This document shows positions 1 through 7,947 of a DNA stretch of 32,000 nucleotides, piece by piece. Where the stretch lies: contig CP113000.1 in assembly GCA_026625185.1 (NCBI GenBank), positions 1,935,622 to 1,967,621 of the forward strand, written 5' to 3'. This DNA comes from Thermodesulfobacteriota bacterium (GTDB lineage: Bacteria > Desulfobacterota > WTBG01 > JAGOGO01). Under the pieces are notes generated by a model. It saw only the letters and a program-made list of their open reading frames with translations, was not told the origin of the DNA and did not search any database. The position numbers and the translations under genes were made by a program. Each line of letters begins with the position of its first letter. Position 1 is the first letter of the stretch.

Positions 1-377
1 AGCAGACCATCCACCCCGGCCTCTTTGGCCCGCCGGGCAATTTCCTGCGCTCCGACCACAAAAAGCGGATTGTAATAACTGAAGAGAATAAGGGGAATCT
101 GGGAAAACTGCCTAATTTCTTTTACCAGCTCCATAATATCATCAAGGGTAACCCCGGTTTTTAGCGCGCGCTGGGCAGCAGACTGAATGACCGGGCCGTC
201 CGCGGTGGGATCTGAAAAAGGAACGCCGAGCTCAAGGATATCCGCGCCGCTTTCGATTAATTGCCGGATGATGTTCTTGGAAACCGAAATATGGGGATCA
301 CCGATGGTTATGTAAGCGATAAGCGCTTTTTTGTTTTCTGCCTTTAAATTCTGAAAGACTGCTTTTATTCTGCTCAT
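1..377 (-). CDS. trpA: tryptophan synthase alpha subunit, N-terminal part (gene continues beyond left edge)
   Basis: Manual minus-strand translation from the ATG at 377: [72 protein letters not shown]... [17 protein letters not shown] is the TrpA signature. The ATG overlaps the trpB stop (ATGA at 374-377). Missing from the ORF track because it is truncated by the window edge. Confidence 0.9.
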   Translation of the reverse strand, partial: MSRIKAVFQNLKAENKKALIAYITIGDPHISVSKNIIRQLIESGADILELGVPFSDPTADGPVIQSAAQRALKTGVTLDDIMELVKEIRQFSQIPLILFSYYNPLFVVGAQEIARRAKEAGVDGL

Positions 378-1573
378 GGATTTAAACCCCCCATCTGTTC
401 GGCCACAATATTGAGGTCCTTATCTCCCCGGCCGGAGAGATTAATAATAATAATTTTATCTTTGCCCATCATTGGCGCCATCTTAATGACCTGAGCCACC
501 GCGTGCGCGCTTTCAAGCGCGGGGATAATGCCTTCGGCTTTCGTGAGAACATGAAATCCCTCGAGCGCTTCTTTATCGGTGATCGCCACGTATTCCGCCC
601 GTTTTATTTCATGGAAAAGGCTGTGCTCCGGCCCCACGCCCGGATAATCCAGACCGGCAGAAACCGAGTGAACCTCCTGAACCTGGCCGTGGTCATCCTG
701 GAGCAGATAACTTTTGCTTCCATGAAAAACTCCGACTTTTCCCCGGCAGATCGATGCGGCATGTTTCGGCGTGGAAAGACCCAGTCCACCGGCTTCCACT
801 CCTACCATTTTTACGTCCGCGTCATCCCTGAAGGGGTAAAACAAACCCATGGCGTTGCTTCCCCCGCCTACACAGGCGACCAGACAATCAGGGAGCTTTC
901 CTTCCAGTTTCAGAATTTGTTTTCTGGTTTCACGGCCGATGATGGACTGAAAATCCCTCACCATCATGGGGTAAGGATGCGGTCCGGCAACCGAGCCAAT
1001 GAGGTAATAGGTGGTGCGGATATTGGTCACCCAGTCACGAAGGGCTTCATTCATGGCGTCTTTCAGGGTCCTGGTTCCCGCGTTGACCGGCACTACTTCC
1101 GCCCCCAAGAGTTTCATCCGGAAGACGTTTAAGGATTGACGCTTTATGTCCTCAGTGCCCATGAAGATGTGGCAGTCCATTCCGAAGATGGTCGCAGCTG
1201 TGGCTGTGGCCACGCCGTGCTGTCCGGCTCCGGTTTCGGCGATGATCCTTTTTTTGCCCATCCGCCGGGCGAGCAGAGCCTGCCCCACGGTGTTATTGAT
1301 TTTGTGGGCTCCGGTGTGGTTCAAGTCTTCACGTTTGAGATAAATTTTTGCTCCTCCCAGTTTTTCCGTCAGGCGCTGGGCAAAGTAAAGCGGGGTTTCC
1401 CGTCCCACAAATTCCTTGAGATAGTAATCAAGCTCTCGTAAAAATTCCTGGTTTCGTTTATATTGCTTATAAGCCTTTTCCAGCTCTAACACAGCAGGCA
1501 TGAGCGTCTCAGCAACATACCTTCCGCCAAACGAGCCGAAATGACCCTGCCTATCAGGCATTGGTAATACCAT
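374..1573 (-). CDS. trpB: tryptophan synthase beta subunit
   Basis: 399-aa ORF. It has [17 protein letters not shown], the PLP-lysine motif [11 protein letters not shown] and GGGSNAMG. Sits between trpF and trpA. Confidence 0.97.
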   Translation of the reverse strand: MVLPMPDRQGHFGSFGGRYVAETLMPAVLELEKAYKQYKRNQEFLRELDYYLKEFVGRETPLYFAQRLTEKLGGAKIYLKREDLNHTGAHKINNTVGQALLARRMGKKRIIAETGAGQHGVATATAATIFGMDCHIFMGTEDIKRQSLNVFRMKLLGAEVVPVNAGTRTLKDAMNEALRDWVTNIRTTYYLIGSVAGPHPYPMMVRDFQSIIGRETRKQILKLEGKLPDCLVACVGGGSNAMGLFYPFRDDADVKMVGVEAGGLGLSTPKHAASICRGKVGVFHGSKSYLLQDDHGQVQEVHSVSAGLDYPGVGPEHSLFHEIKRAEYVAITDKEALEGFHVLTKAEGIIPALESAHAVAQVIKMAPMMGKDKIIIINLSGRGDKDLNIVAEQMGGLNP

Positions 1574-1625
1574 GGCGTATTCCTCTCATTATTGGTTTTT
1601 TAAAAAGCATAAGTTGTTTTAATTT

Positions 1626-2240
1626 TCATTTTCTTCTCACCATCTCTACGAACCTTCTGAGCTTGGCCGGATCCTTGATTCCCGGCGACAACTCCACGCC
1701 GCTGCTTACATCAACCGCGTAAGGATTTACTTCCCGGATCGCCTCACTTACATTTGCTTCATCGAGCCCACCAGCTAGTATCACAGGTCCAAAGTCTTTT
1801 GCCGCCCGGGCAAGTTCCCAGTTCGCTTTTTTTCCGGTGCCGCCATACTGCTTCGGGTCATAGGCGTCAACCAAATAAGCCTGCACTGAATAGCGCGGGA
1901 TAGCGTCCATATCGGCCTTATCTTTTAAGGAGAATGCCTTTATTACTTTATAGTCGGGGAAAAAGGCGCAGTAGTCCGGGGATTCATTACCGTGAAACTG
2001 CAGGGCGTCAAGGCGGCACGCTTTGGCCACGTTCATGACTTCTTCCCTGGATTCATTCACAAAAACTCCGACGCAGAGGGTAAAGGGAGGAATTTCCTGT
2101 CGGATTTGTTGTGCTTTATCCGGAGTAATTGCGCGAGGGCTTGGTGGATAAAATACAAACCCCAAAGCATCTACCTCCAAATTTACTGCGGTAAGAGCAT
2201 CTTTAAGGTTGGTAATTCCACAGATCTTAATCTTGGCCAT
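1626..2240 (-). CDS. trpF: phosphoribosylanthranilate isomerase
   Basis: KIKICGITNLKDA...ALGFVFYPPSPR is TrpF-like. I prefer the ATG at 2240 (MAKIKICG) because AAAGGAGAGGTCA lies directly upstream. The ORF-track start at 2261 would add 7 aa and a longer overlap with trpC. Confidence 0.9.
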   Translation of the reverse strand: MAKIKICGITNLKDALTAVNLEVDALGFVFYPPSPRAITPDKAQQIRQEIPPFTLCVGVFVNESREEVMNVAKACRLDALQFHGNESPDYCAFFPDYKVIKAFSLKDKADMDAIPRYSVQAYLVDAYDPKQYGGTGKKANWELARAAKDFGPVILAGGLDEANVSEAIREVNPYAVDVSSGVELSPGIKDPAKLRRFVEMVRRK

Positions 2241-3057
2241 TGACCTCTCCTTTAAACTCACGCAGCTTTTTACCGGGATCTTTTTCTATCATTAAAGCCT
2301 CACCGATTAAAAAAGCGTGCACACCGGCTTTTTCCAAAAGTTCAATCTGCTCTCTGGTGTTGATGCCGCTTTCACTCACGATCACCTTCCCCTCCGGGAT
2401 AAATTTTATCAACGACAGGGTAGTCACGATATCGGTTTTAAAGGTTTTTAAATCACGATTGTTGATCCCGATGATCTTTGCTGAGGTAAGAAGCGCTTCC
2501 TTAAGCTCCTTCTCATTATGGACTTCTAGCAGCGCCTCCATGCCTAATTCTCTTCCCAGGGATAAAAAGTCTTCTATTTGCTGCCGGGAGAGGATAGCGG
2601 CAATTAAAAGAAATCCGTCCGCTCCGTGGGCGGCAGCCTCGTAAATCTGATACGGATCGATGATGAAATCCTTGCACAAGAGAGGAAGGTCAACGCTTTT
2701 TCTCACCAGAGAAAGATACTCGATATCTCCCTGAAAAAATTTTTTCTCCGTAAGGATCGAGATCGCCCGCGCTCCTGCCTTTTGATAAATCGCTCCGATT
2801 TTTTCCAGATCAAAATCATGTTGAATTATTCCTTTGGAAGGAGAGGCTTTCTTTATTTCAGCAATAATCCGGCTTTGGTTGTCGCCTTTTTCATAAAGCG
2901 GGGAAAAGAAATCCCGGGGCGCGGGGCGGTTGATCGCTTCCTGTTTTACTCGTTCCAAAGGAATGAGGTTTTTCCGCGCTTGAATGTCTTCTTTTTTATG
3001 GGTGAGAATTTCATCTAAAAACATTATATTTGTTTTCTCGCATTTTTTCGGCTTCAT
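2227..3057 (-). CDS. trpC: indole-3-glycerol phosphate synthase
   Basis: 276-aa ORF with EIKKASPSKG, GADGFLLI and IGINNRDL motifs. The start overlaps the trpD stop (TAATG). Confidence 0.93.
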   Translation of the reverse strand: MKPKKCEKTNIMFLDEILTHKKEDIQARKNLIPLERVKQEAINRPAPRDFFSPLYEKGDNQSRIIAEIKKASPSKGIIQHDFDLEKIGAIYQKAGARAISILTEKKFFQGDIEYLSLVRKSVDLPLLCKDFIIDPYQIYEAAAHGADGFLLIAAILSRQQIEDFLSLGRELGMEALLEVHNEKELKEALLTSAKIIGINNRDLKTFKTDIVTTLSLIKFIPEGKVIVSESGINTREQIELLEKAGVHAFLIGEALMIEKDPGKKLREFKGEVNGQD

Positions 3058-4067
3058 TAATCGTTGCTTAGCTCAATTAGCTGTTTCAGTTTTTTTGCAG
3101 CCTCCCCACTATCAATGATTTCTTCTGCCCGTTTAATTCCTTGCGTGAGATTCGAGACTGTTTCTCCCGCCAGCAACGCGGCGGCGGCGTTGATCAGGAC
3201 AATATCCCGGGGCGCGCCTTTCTCGCCGGCAAGAATAGCTTTAGTGATACGAGCGTTTTCTTTCGGGTCGCCTCCGCGGAAATCATCCGGTGAATAGGTT
3301 TTGTCAAAAAAAGTCCGGGGATTTAAGTTGTAGGTTTTAATCTGACCGGCGGATAATTCCGTTACTCTGGTTTCACCGCGCAAGGTTATTTCATCAAGTC
3401 CGTCGGCCCCATGAACCACCAGTGCTTTTTTGGTTCCCAGATTTTTTAATACGCTTGCAAACATCTCGGTTAGTCCGGCTGCATAGACCCCCAGCACCTG
3501 ACAGGTGGCGCCGGCAGGGTTGGTGAGCGGACCGAGCATATTGAAGATGGTGCGGATTCCGATTTCCCGCCGCACTTGACCGGCGTATTTCATAGCGCCG
3601 TGCAGCTTTGGAGCGAAAAGAAAGCCGATGCCGATTTCACGGATGCATTGTTCCAAAATCTCCGGATCCGCCTGAATGTTGACGCCCAGTTCTTCGAGCA
3701 GGTCGGCGCTGCCGCATTTGCTGGAAACCGAGCGGTTGCCGTGTTTGGCGACCGTCAGCCCGCCTCCCGCGGCCACGAATGCAACCGTGGTGGAGATATT
3801 AAACGTATTGGACTTGTCACCCCCGGTCCCGCAGGTATCAAGGATATTATTGGAAGCAGCGTCAATAAAAATCGCGTGCCTGCGCATCGCCCGGGCCGCG
3901 CCGGTTAATTCGGCAATGGCTTCTCCTTTTATCCGTAAGGCCGTAAGGAGCGCGCCTATCTGGGCCGGCGTGGCCTTACCTTCCATGATCTCTTCCATGA
4001 TCTCAGACATTTCCTGTTCACTGAAGTTCTGAAGGATGATTGCTTTTTCGATTGCCTCTTTAATCAT
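3057..4067 (-). CDS. trpD: anthranilate phosphoribosyltransferase
   Basis: 336-aa ORF with DTCGTGGDKSNTFNISTT, KHGNRSVSSKCGSAD and NPAG motifs. Overlaps trpG by 4 nt. Confidence 0.95.
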   Translation of the reverse strand: MIKEAIEKAIILQNFSEQEMSEIMEEIMEGKATPAQIGALLTALRIKGEAIAELTGAARAMRRHAIFIDAASNNILDTCGTGGDKSNTFNISTTVAFVAAGGGLTVAKHGNRSVSSKCGSADLLEELGVNIQADPEILEQCIREIGIGFLFAPKLHGAMKYAGQVRREIGIRTIFNMLGPLTNPAGATCQVLGVYAAGLTEMFASVLKNLGTKKALVVHGADGLDEITLRGETRVTELSAGQIKTYNLNPRTFFDKTYSPDDFRGGDPKENARITKAILAGEKGAPRDIVLINAAAALLAGETVSNLTQGIKRAEEIIDSGEAAKKLKQLIELSND

Positions 4068-4642
4068 GACGCCTCTCTTTTAAGTTTCAAAAAATTTCTC
4101 AGGATTCTTTTCCCGTTGGGGGTCAGGATGGATTCCGGATGAAACTGGATGCCTTCAACCGGATATTTTTTATGCCGCACCCCCATTATTTCATTGTCGT
4201 CGGTATGAGCGGTTATTTCCAGGCAGTCGGGAAGACTTTTTCGTTCAATGACCAATGAGTGATAACGGATCGCTTCAAAAGGACTGGGGATCCCCCGAAA
4301 AATGGTTTTCTGATCATGATAAATCGCCGATGTTTTTCCATGCATAATTGATTTGGCTTTCACGATTTTTCCCCCAAAAGCAAATCCAATAGACTGGTGC
4401 CCCAGGCACACCCCCAAAAGGGGAATCTTTTCGTGAAACCGCTTGATGACCTCGACGCAAATTCCCGCTTCCGCGGGTGTCTTGGGACCCGGAGAGAGGA
4501 GAATGGCATGGGGAGCAAAGTTTTCCACCTGTTCAAGGCTAATCTGATCATTTCGATAGGTGAGGGTTTTTTCTCCCAGTTGCCCTAAATATTGAACAAG
4601 GTTATAGGTAAACGAATCATAGTTGTCAATCACTAAAATCAT
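4064..4642 (-). CDS. trpG: anthranilate synthase component II (glutamine amidotransferase)
   Basis: 192-aa ORF. MILVIDNYDSFTYNLVQYL, the catalytic Cys in GVCLGHQ and FHPES mark a class I GATase. Position is between trpE and trpD. Confidence 0.93.
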   Translation of the reverse strand: MILVIDNYDSFTYNLVQYLGQLGEKTLTYRNDQISLEQVENFAPHAILLSPGPKTPAEAGICVEVIKRFHEKIPLLGVCLGHQSIGFAFGGKIVKAKSIMHGKTSAIYHDQKTIFRGIPSPFEAIRYHSLVIERKSLPDCLEITAHTDDNEIMGVRHKKYPVEGIQFHPESILTPNGKRILRNFLKLKREAS

Positions 4643-4679
4643 GTTCTGTTCCTTTCAAATATCAGGAGTAAGGGTAGGG

Positions 4680-6188
4680 TTAGTTCTCGCCGCCGGTTTT
4701 TGACGAATACAGTTCAAACCCCCGGGCAGCCAACTCCAGCGCTTTCACCATCCCTTTGGCTTTATTTTCAACTTCCTCTAATTCCCTTTGCGGGTCAGAA
4801 TCCGCCACAATTCCGGCTCCGGCCTGAAGATATATTTTTTCATCTTTAACAAATATCGTGCGGATAGTAATCGCCATATCCATATTCCCATTAAACCCGA
4901 TGTACCCTACTGCTCCTCCGTAAGGCCCTCGATTGACCGGTTCCAGCTCGCGGATGATTTCCATGGCCCTTACCTTGGGAGCGCCGGTTAAGGTCCCGGC
5001 CGGAAAGGTTGCCTTGATTACATCAAAGGCGTCTTTATCCTTTTCCAGATAAGCCTGGATATGAGAGACCAGATGCATGACATGGGAATAGCGTTCAACC
5101 ACCATCAGCTCATTGACCTGTACGCTTCCAATCCTTGCGATCCTTCCGAGGTCGTTTCTCCCCAAGTCGACCAACATTATGTGCTCAGCTCTTTCTTTCG
5201 GGTCATTCAAAAGCTCGTCCGCCAAGCGGCGATCTTCGCTTTCGGTTTTCCCTCTCCCTCTGGTGCCCGCAATGGGGCGAAGTTCCGCCAGCCCGTCAGT
5301 CAAACGGACCATTATCTCGGGAGACGATCCCACAACCACTAACTCTTTGAAACGGAGAAAAAACATATACGGTGAAGGATTGATATACCGGAGCGCCCGG
5401 TAGAGATCAAATTCATCAGCCACTTTGTCGGTGGTAAATCTGCGGGAAAGAACCACCTGAATTATATCCCCCTCCTCAATATACATCTTTGATCTTAGTA
5501 CCGCCTCCTCAAACTCTTTTGGTCCCAGATTTGGCATCAGAGAGATCTTGCCTTCTCTGATCACGGGCCGGGGCTTTTTTTGTTCCTTAGTTAGCTTTTT
5601 GATTAGGTCTTCGATTTTTTTGATAGCTCCTTGGTAAAGCTCATCAAGGTCATCGTGTTCGTTGATGAGGGTGTTGGCGATAATTTTTACGGTGTTTTTC
5701 TGATTGTCAAAAATAAGCAGAAGCTCGGTGATCATAAAGATAGCTTCTTCCTCGCTGAAGCTGTTGTTTTTTCGAGGAGGAAGCTTTTCAAAATAATCGA
5801 TCATTTCGTAGGCAAAAAACCCCACTGCCCCCCCAAAAAACCGCGGGAGGTCATTAACTGTGACCGGACGGTAGCGCTCCATCAATTTTCTGAGGCAGTT
5901 CAGAGGGTCGCCATGATGGGGAAACGAGGTTGTATTATCATGCTCCTCAATGATCACCTGGTCACCTGCTACCCGAAAAATTACTGAAGGTTTGACACCC
6001 ACCAAACTGTACCTTCCCCATTTTTCTCCACCTTCCACGCTTTCCAATAAAAAAGAATAAACCTTATCATCTATTGTTTGAAAGGCGGAAACCGTAGTTT
6101 CCTGGTCGGCTAAAAATTCCCGATACACGGGGATTAGGGTGCCTTTTTTCGCCAGTGTTTTAAACTCGGAAAGATTTGGGTGATACAT
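4680..6188 (-). CDS. trpE: anthranilate synthase component I
   Basis: 502-aa ORF. It has the LLESVEGG Trp-feedback motif, VLSRRF, GTLTGAPKVRAMEII and GPYGGAVGY. First gene of the operon. Confidence 0.95.
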   Translation of the reverse strand: MYHPNLSEFKTLAKKGTLIPVYREFLADQETTVSAFQTIDDKVYSFLLESVEGGEKWGRYSLVGVKPSVIFRVAGDQVIIEEHDNTTSFPHHGDPLNCLRKLMERYRPVTVNDLPRFFGGAVGFFAYEMIDYFEKLPPRKNNSFSEEEAIFMITELLLIFDNQKNTVKIIANTLINEHDDLDELYQGAIKKIEDLIKKLTKEQKKPRPVIREGKISLMPNLGPKEFEEAVLRSKMYIEEGDIIQVVLSRRFTTDKVADEFDLYRALRYINPSPYMFFLRFKELVVVGSSPEIMVRLTDGLAELRPIAGTRGRGKTESEDRRLADELLNDPKERAEHIMLVDLGRNDLGRIARIGSVQVNELMVVERYSHVMHLVSHIQAYLEKDKDAFDVIKATFPAGTLTGAPKVRAMEIIRELEPVNRGPYGGAVGYIGFNGNMDMAITIRTIFVKDEKIYLQAGAGIVADSDPQRELEEVENKAKGMVKALELAARGFELYSSKTGGEN

Positions 6189-6247
6189 TTTTTTTACGCT
6201 CCTTTTTACCCAAAGGGCTCAAATAAATTTTATTTGTTTTAAAGTTT

Positions 6248-6280
6248 AAAAAAAAGACCGTGATTTTTTTTTGCACGGCC
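6248..6280 (-). terminator. attenuator hairpin B (distal intrinsic terminator upstream of trpE)
   Basis: Minus-strand RNA reads GGCCGUG-c-A9-u-CACGGUC, a 7-bp stem with one G.U pair, followed by U8 (plus-strand A8 at 6248-6255). The G.U pair becomes an A-C mismatch on the plus strand, which supports minus-strand function. Confidence 0.55.
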
Positions 6281-6294
6281 TTTTTTGGTTATCG

Positions 6295-6337
6295 AAATAA
6301 AAAAAGCCGTGGATATCTGAGAAGTTTATCCACGGCC
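6295..6337 (-). terminator. attenuator hairpin A (proximal intrinsic terminator after the leader ORF)
   Basis: Perfect 10-bp stem GCCGUGGAUA / UAUCCACGGC (plus 6327-6336 / 6306-6315) with an 11-nt loop. Followed on the minus strand by U7-A-U3. Confidence 0.7.
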
Positions 6338-6360
6338 TTTCATTTTTTTATGAAGATCCC

Positions 6361-6441
6361 CTAACGGTGGTGGATAAACCTCCCGCTTTGCCAGCACCAC
6401 CACCATTCCCAGTTTAAAATATTGGTTAATGAGTAAATCAT
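6361..6441 (-). CDS. Trp-rich leader peptide of the trp operon (26 aa)
   Basis: Manual translation gives ATG ATT TAC TCA TTA ACC AAT ATT TTA AAC TGG GAA TGG TGG TGG TGC TGG CAA AGC GGG AGG TTT ATC CAC CAC CGT TAG, i.e. MIYSLTNILNWEWWWCWQSGRFIHHR*. Five Trp fall within 7 codons. AAGGAG lies 15 nt upstream, which is a long spacer. Sits 170 nt upstream of trpE, and its 3' end is complementary to the terminator arm. Confidence 0.65.
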   Translation of the reverse strand: MIYSLTNILNWEWWWCWQSGRFIHHR

Positions 6442-6483
6442 GACTGCTACGTCAATCTCCTTTTAAAAAATTAATAGTTTTTG

Positions 6484-6514
6484 ATAATAAAACAATCCTT
6501 AAAACAAATGTCAA
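6484..6514 (-). promoter_or_regulatory. candidate sigma70-type promoter of the trp leader/operon
   Basis: On the minus strand: TTGACA (6514-6509), a 19-nt spacer, then TATTAT (6489-6484). The -35 is a perfect match and the spacer is longer than optimal. Confidence 0.4.
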
Positions 6515-6571
6515 GAGTTTTTTTAAACGGTTTTATGCCTCACTTATTTTTTATGTGAGGAGCGAATAAGT

Positions 6572-7450
6572 CTATAACTCGATTTCTAACCCTTCCTGCG
6601 CCACAATACAATCCATCCTCCCTCCCCGGCGTTTTATAATTTCCAAACATCGGATTCCGATTTTATCAAGATCCGCATCAGTGTGAGAAGGGTCATGGTG
6701 AAAAAGAAAGCACTTTTTAATTTCAGCGGCCATGGCAACAGTGAGCACATCTTCATAGTGAGAATGCCCCCACCCCTTTTTGTTTTGATATTCCTCTGGA
6801 GTGTATTGGGCGTCGAAGATCACAAGTTCAGCACCTTGAATAGCATGAATGATTTTTAAATTATAATCATCACAGGAGATATGATTAGTCTTCGGTTTTT
6901 TTATAGAGCCGGAGACAAATTCGTTATCCGTTAAATATCCAATCGTCTTATTTCGATGAGTGATAAGATAGCCGAGGGTGTTTCCCGGATGGTTAAGAGA
7001 AAGAGCTTTTACCGTAAAGTCATCGATGAAATAAGGTCCTTCAGTGAGCGGGTTGAACGTGAGGATGGCTCCGAGCTTTTTTAAAGGAACGGGGAAATAA
7101 GAACTTTCCATCTGATCAGAAAGGACTTTGCTCAATTTTGTTTTTTGGTTTTCGCAGCCATAAATCGAAAAACGATTATCTGCGCAAAAGGCAGGGGCAA
7201 AAAAAGGCAACCCTTGGATGTGATCCCAGTGGAAATGAGTCAAGAAAATATGACTCATAATTTTCTTTTGGGTTTTTATAAGATGGTTTCCCAGCTCTCT
7301 GATTCCGGATCCAGCATCAAAAATAATATGCTTCTCCTTATCAAAGGTTACGGATACGCAGGGCGTGTTGCCTCCGTATTTTACCGTCCGGGGACCTGGG
7401 GTAGGAATGGATCCCCTTGTCCCCCAAAACTTCACCGCAATTTTGGTCAT
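6572..7450 (-). CDS. MBL-fold metallo-hydrolase
   Basis: KFWGTRGSIPTPG...GGNTPCV...DAGSGIR...LTHFHWDHIQGLPFF (HxHxDH metal motif) ...HHDPSH. I prefer the ATG at 7450 (MTKIAVKFWG) over the TTG at 7462 used by the ORF track. Confidence 0.85.
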   Translation of the reverse strand: MTKIAVKFWGTRGSIPTPGPRTVKYGGNTPCVSVTFDKEKHIIFDAGSGIRELGNHLIKTQKKIMSHIFLTHFHWDHIQGLPFFAPAFCADNRFSIYGCENQKTKLSKVLSDQMESSYFPVPLKKLGAILTFNPLTEGPYFIDDFTVKALSLNHPGNTLGYLITHRNKTIGYLTDNEFVSGSIKKPKTNHISCDDYNLKIIHAIQGAELVIFDAQYTPEEYQNKKGWGHSHYEDVLTVAMAAEIKKCFLFHHDPSHTDADLDKIGIRCLEIIKRRGGRMDCIVAQEGLEIEL

Positions 7451-7501
7451 GAGAAGCACCAATCATCAACTACTAAAAAGTCTAACAGCTCGCTCATGGG
7501 G

Positions 7502-7726
7502 TTACCATAACCTTTCTAAATCGAGGACCAAAACCACCCGGCCATCTCCCAAAACAGTTGCTCCCTAAAGAACTTAGATTTTATCGAGCAACGTGCCGAG
7601 GGGTTTTACATAGATTTGGTCAATCTTCACTAGAGCATCTACAATTAATCCTGCCTTTTTCCCCTTGATATCGGAAATAATTACCGGAGGGTTGTCCCGC
7701 TTTTCTTGAGGAGCGCCGTTTAATAG
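7502..7726 (-). pseudogene. CheW-like domain remnant (C-terminal part only, two in-frame stops)
   Basis: Manual translation: LLNGAPQEKRDNPPVIISDIKGKKAGLIVDALVKIDQIYVKPLGTLLDKI*VL*GATVLGDGRVVLVLDLERLW*. The pattern GL(I/V)VD...V.KPL...(S)GATiLGDGrVvLiLD is typical of CheW/CheA-P5 C-termini. In-frame TAA at 7574-7576 and TAG at 7565-7567. No start codon and no N-terminal half. Confidence 0.6.
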
Positions 7727-7756
7727 TATTACTCCGGCAATTAAACCGCACAATAT

Positions 7757-7851
7757 GTCATTCCCGCCCCCCCTTCGCGGGGATAAACTCCAGCGGGAAC
7801 CTATAAGTAATCATTATTCTGGATTCCCCCGAAGCAAGTTCGGGGAATGAC
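7757..7851. repeat. 95-bp GC-rich inverted-repeat element (MITE/REP-like)
   Basis: The ends GTCATTCCC (7757-7765) and GGGAATGAC (7843-7851) are reverse complements. Internal hairpins are TTCCCGC...GCGGGAA and CCCCGAA-gcaag-TTCGGGG. GC-rich relative to the AT-rich flanks. Confidence 0.4.
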
Positions 7852-7947
7852 ACCGAAAGATCATGGGGATATTTATTTGCCGAGGCAATATATAAACAAT
7901 ATATGCTTTTTTCGATTTGCCAAGGGTGCCCGTGAAAAGTTCAAGGT

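Noticed and set aside
1626-2261. Longer trpF start at 2261 (MSLKERSMAKIK...)
   Set aside because: The ATG at 2240 is preceded by a strong AAAGGAGAGG Shine-Dalgarno and gives the canonical KIKICGIT N-terminus. The longer form only adds overlap with trpC.
503-6188. Numerous plus-strand ORFs (e.g. 503-1132, 1136-1441, 2240-2644, 3676-4032, 5631-5987) inside the trp genes
   Set aside because: All lie antisense to strongly recognisable trp coding sequences. They have no recognisable motifs and low-complexity or odd composition, so they are shadow ORFs.
7565-7576. In-frame TAA and TAG in the CheW-like frame as possible stop-codon recoding
   Set aside because: TAA, TAG and TGA all act as ordinary stops in neighbouring well-supported genes (the trpD stop is TAA, the leader stop is TAG, the trpB stop is TGA). 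The remnant also lacks its N-terminal half, so decay is the simpler reading.
7757-7800. Type I-E-like CRISPR repeat (GCGGGGATAAAC core, TTCCCGC...GCGGGG stem)
   Set aside because: Only a single copy is present, with no spacer-repeat periodicity and no cas genes in the window. The similarity is limited to a 12-nt GC-rich core. It is treated as part of an inverted-repeat element instead.
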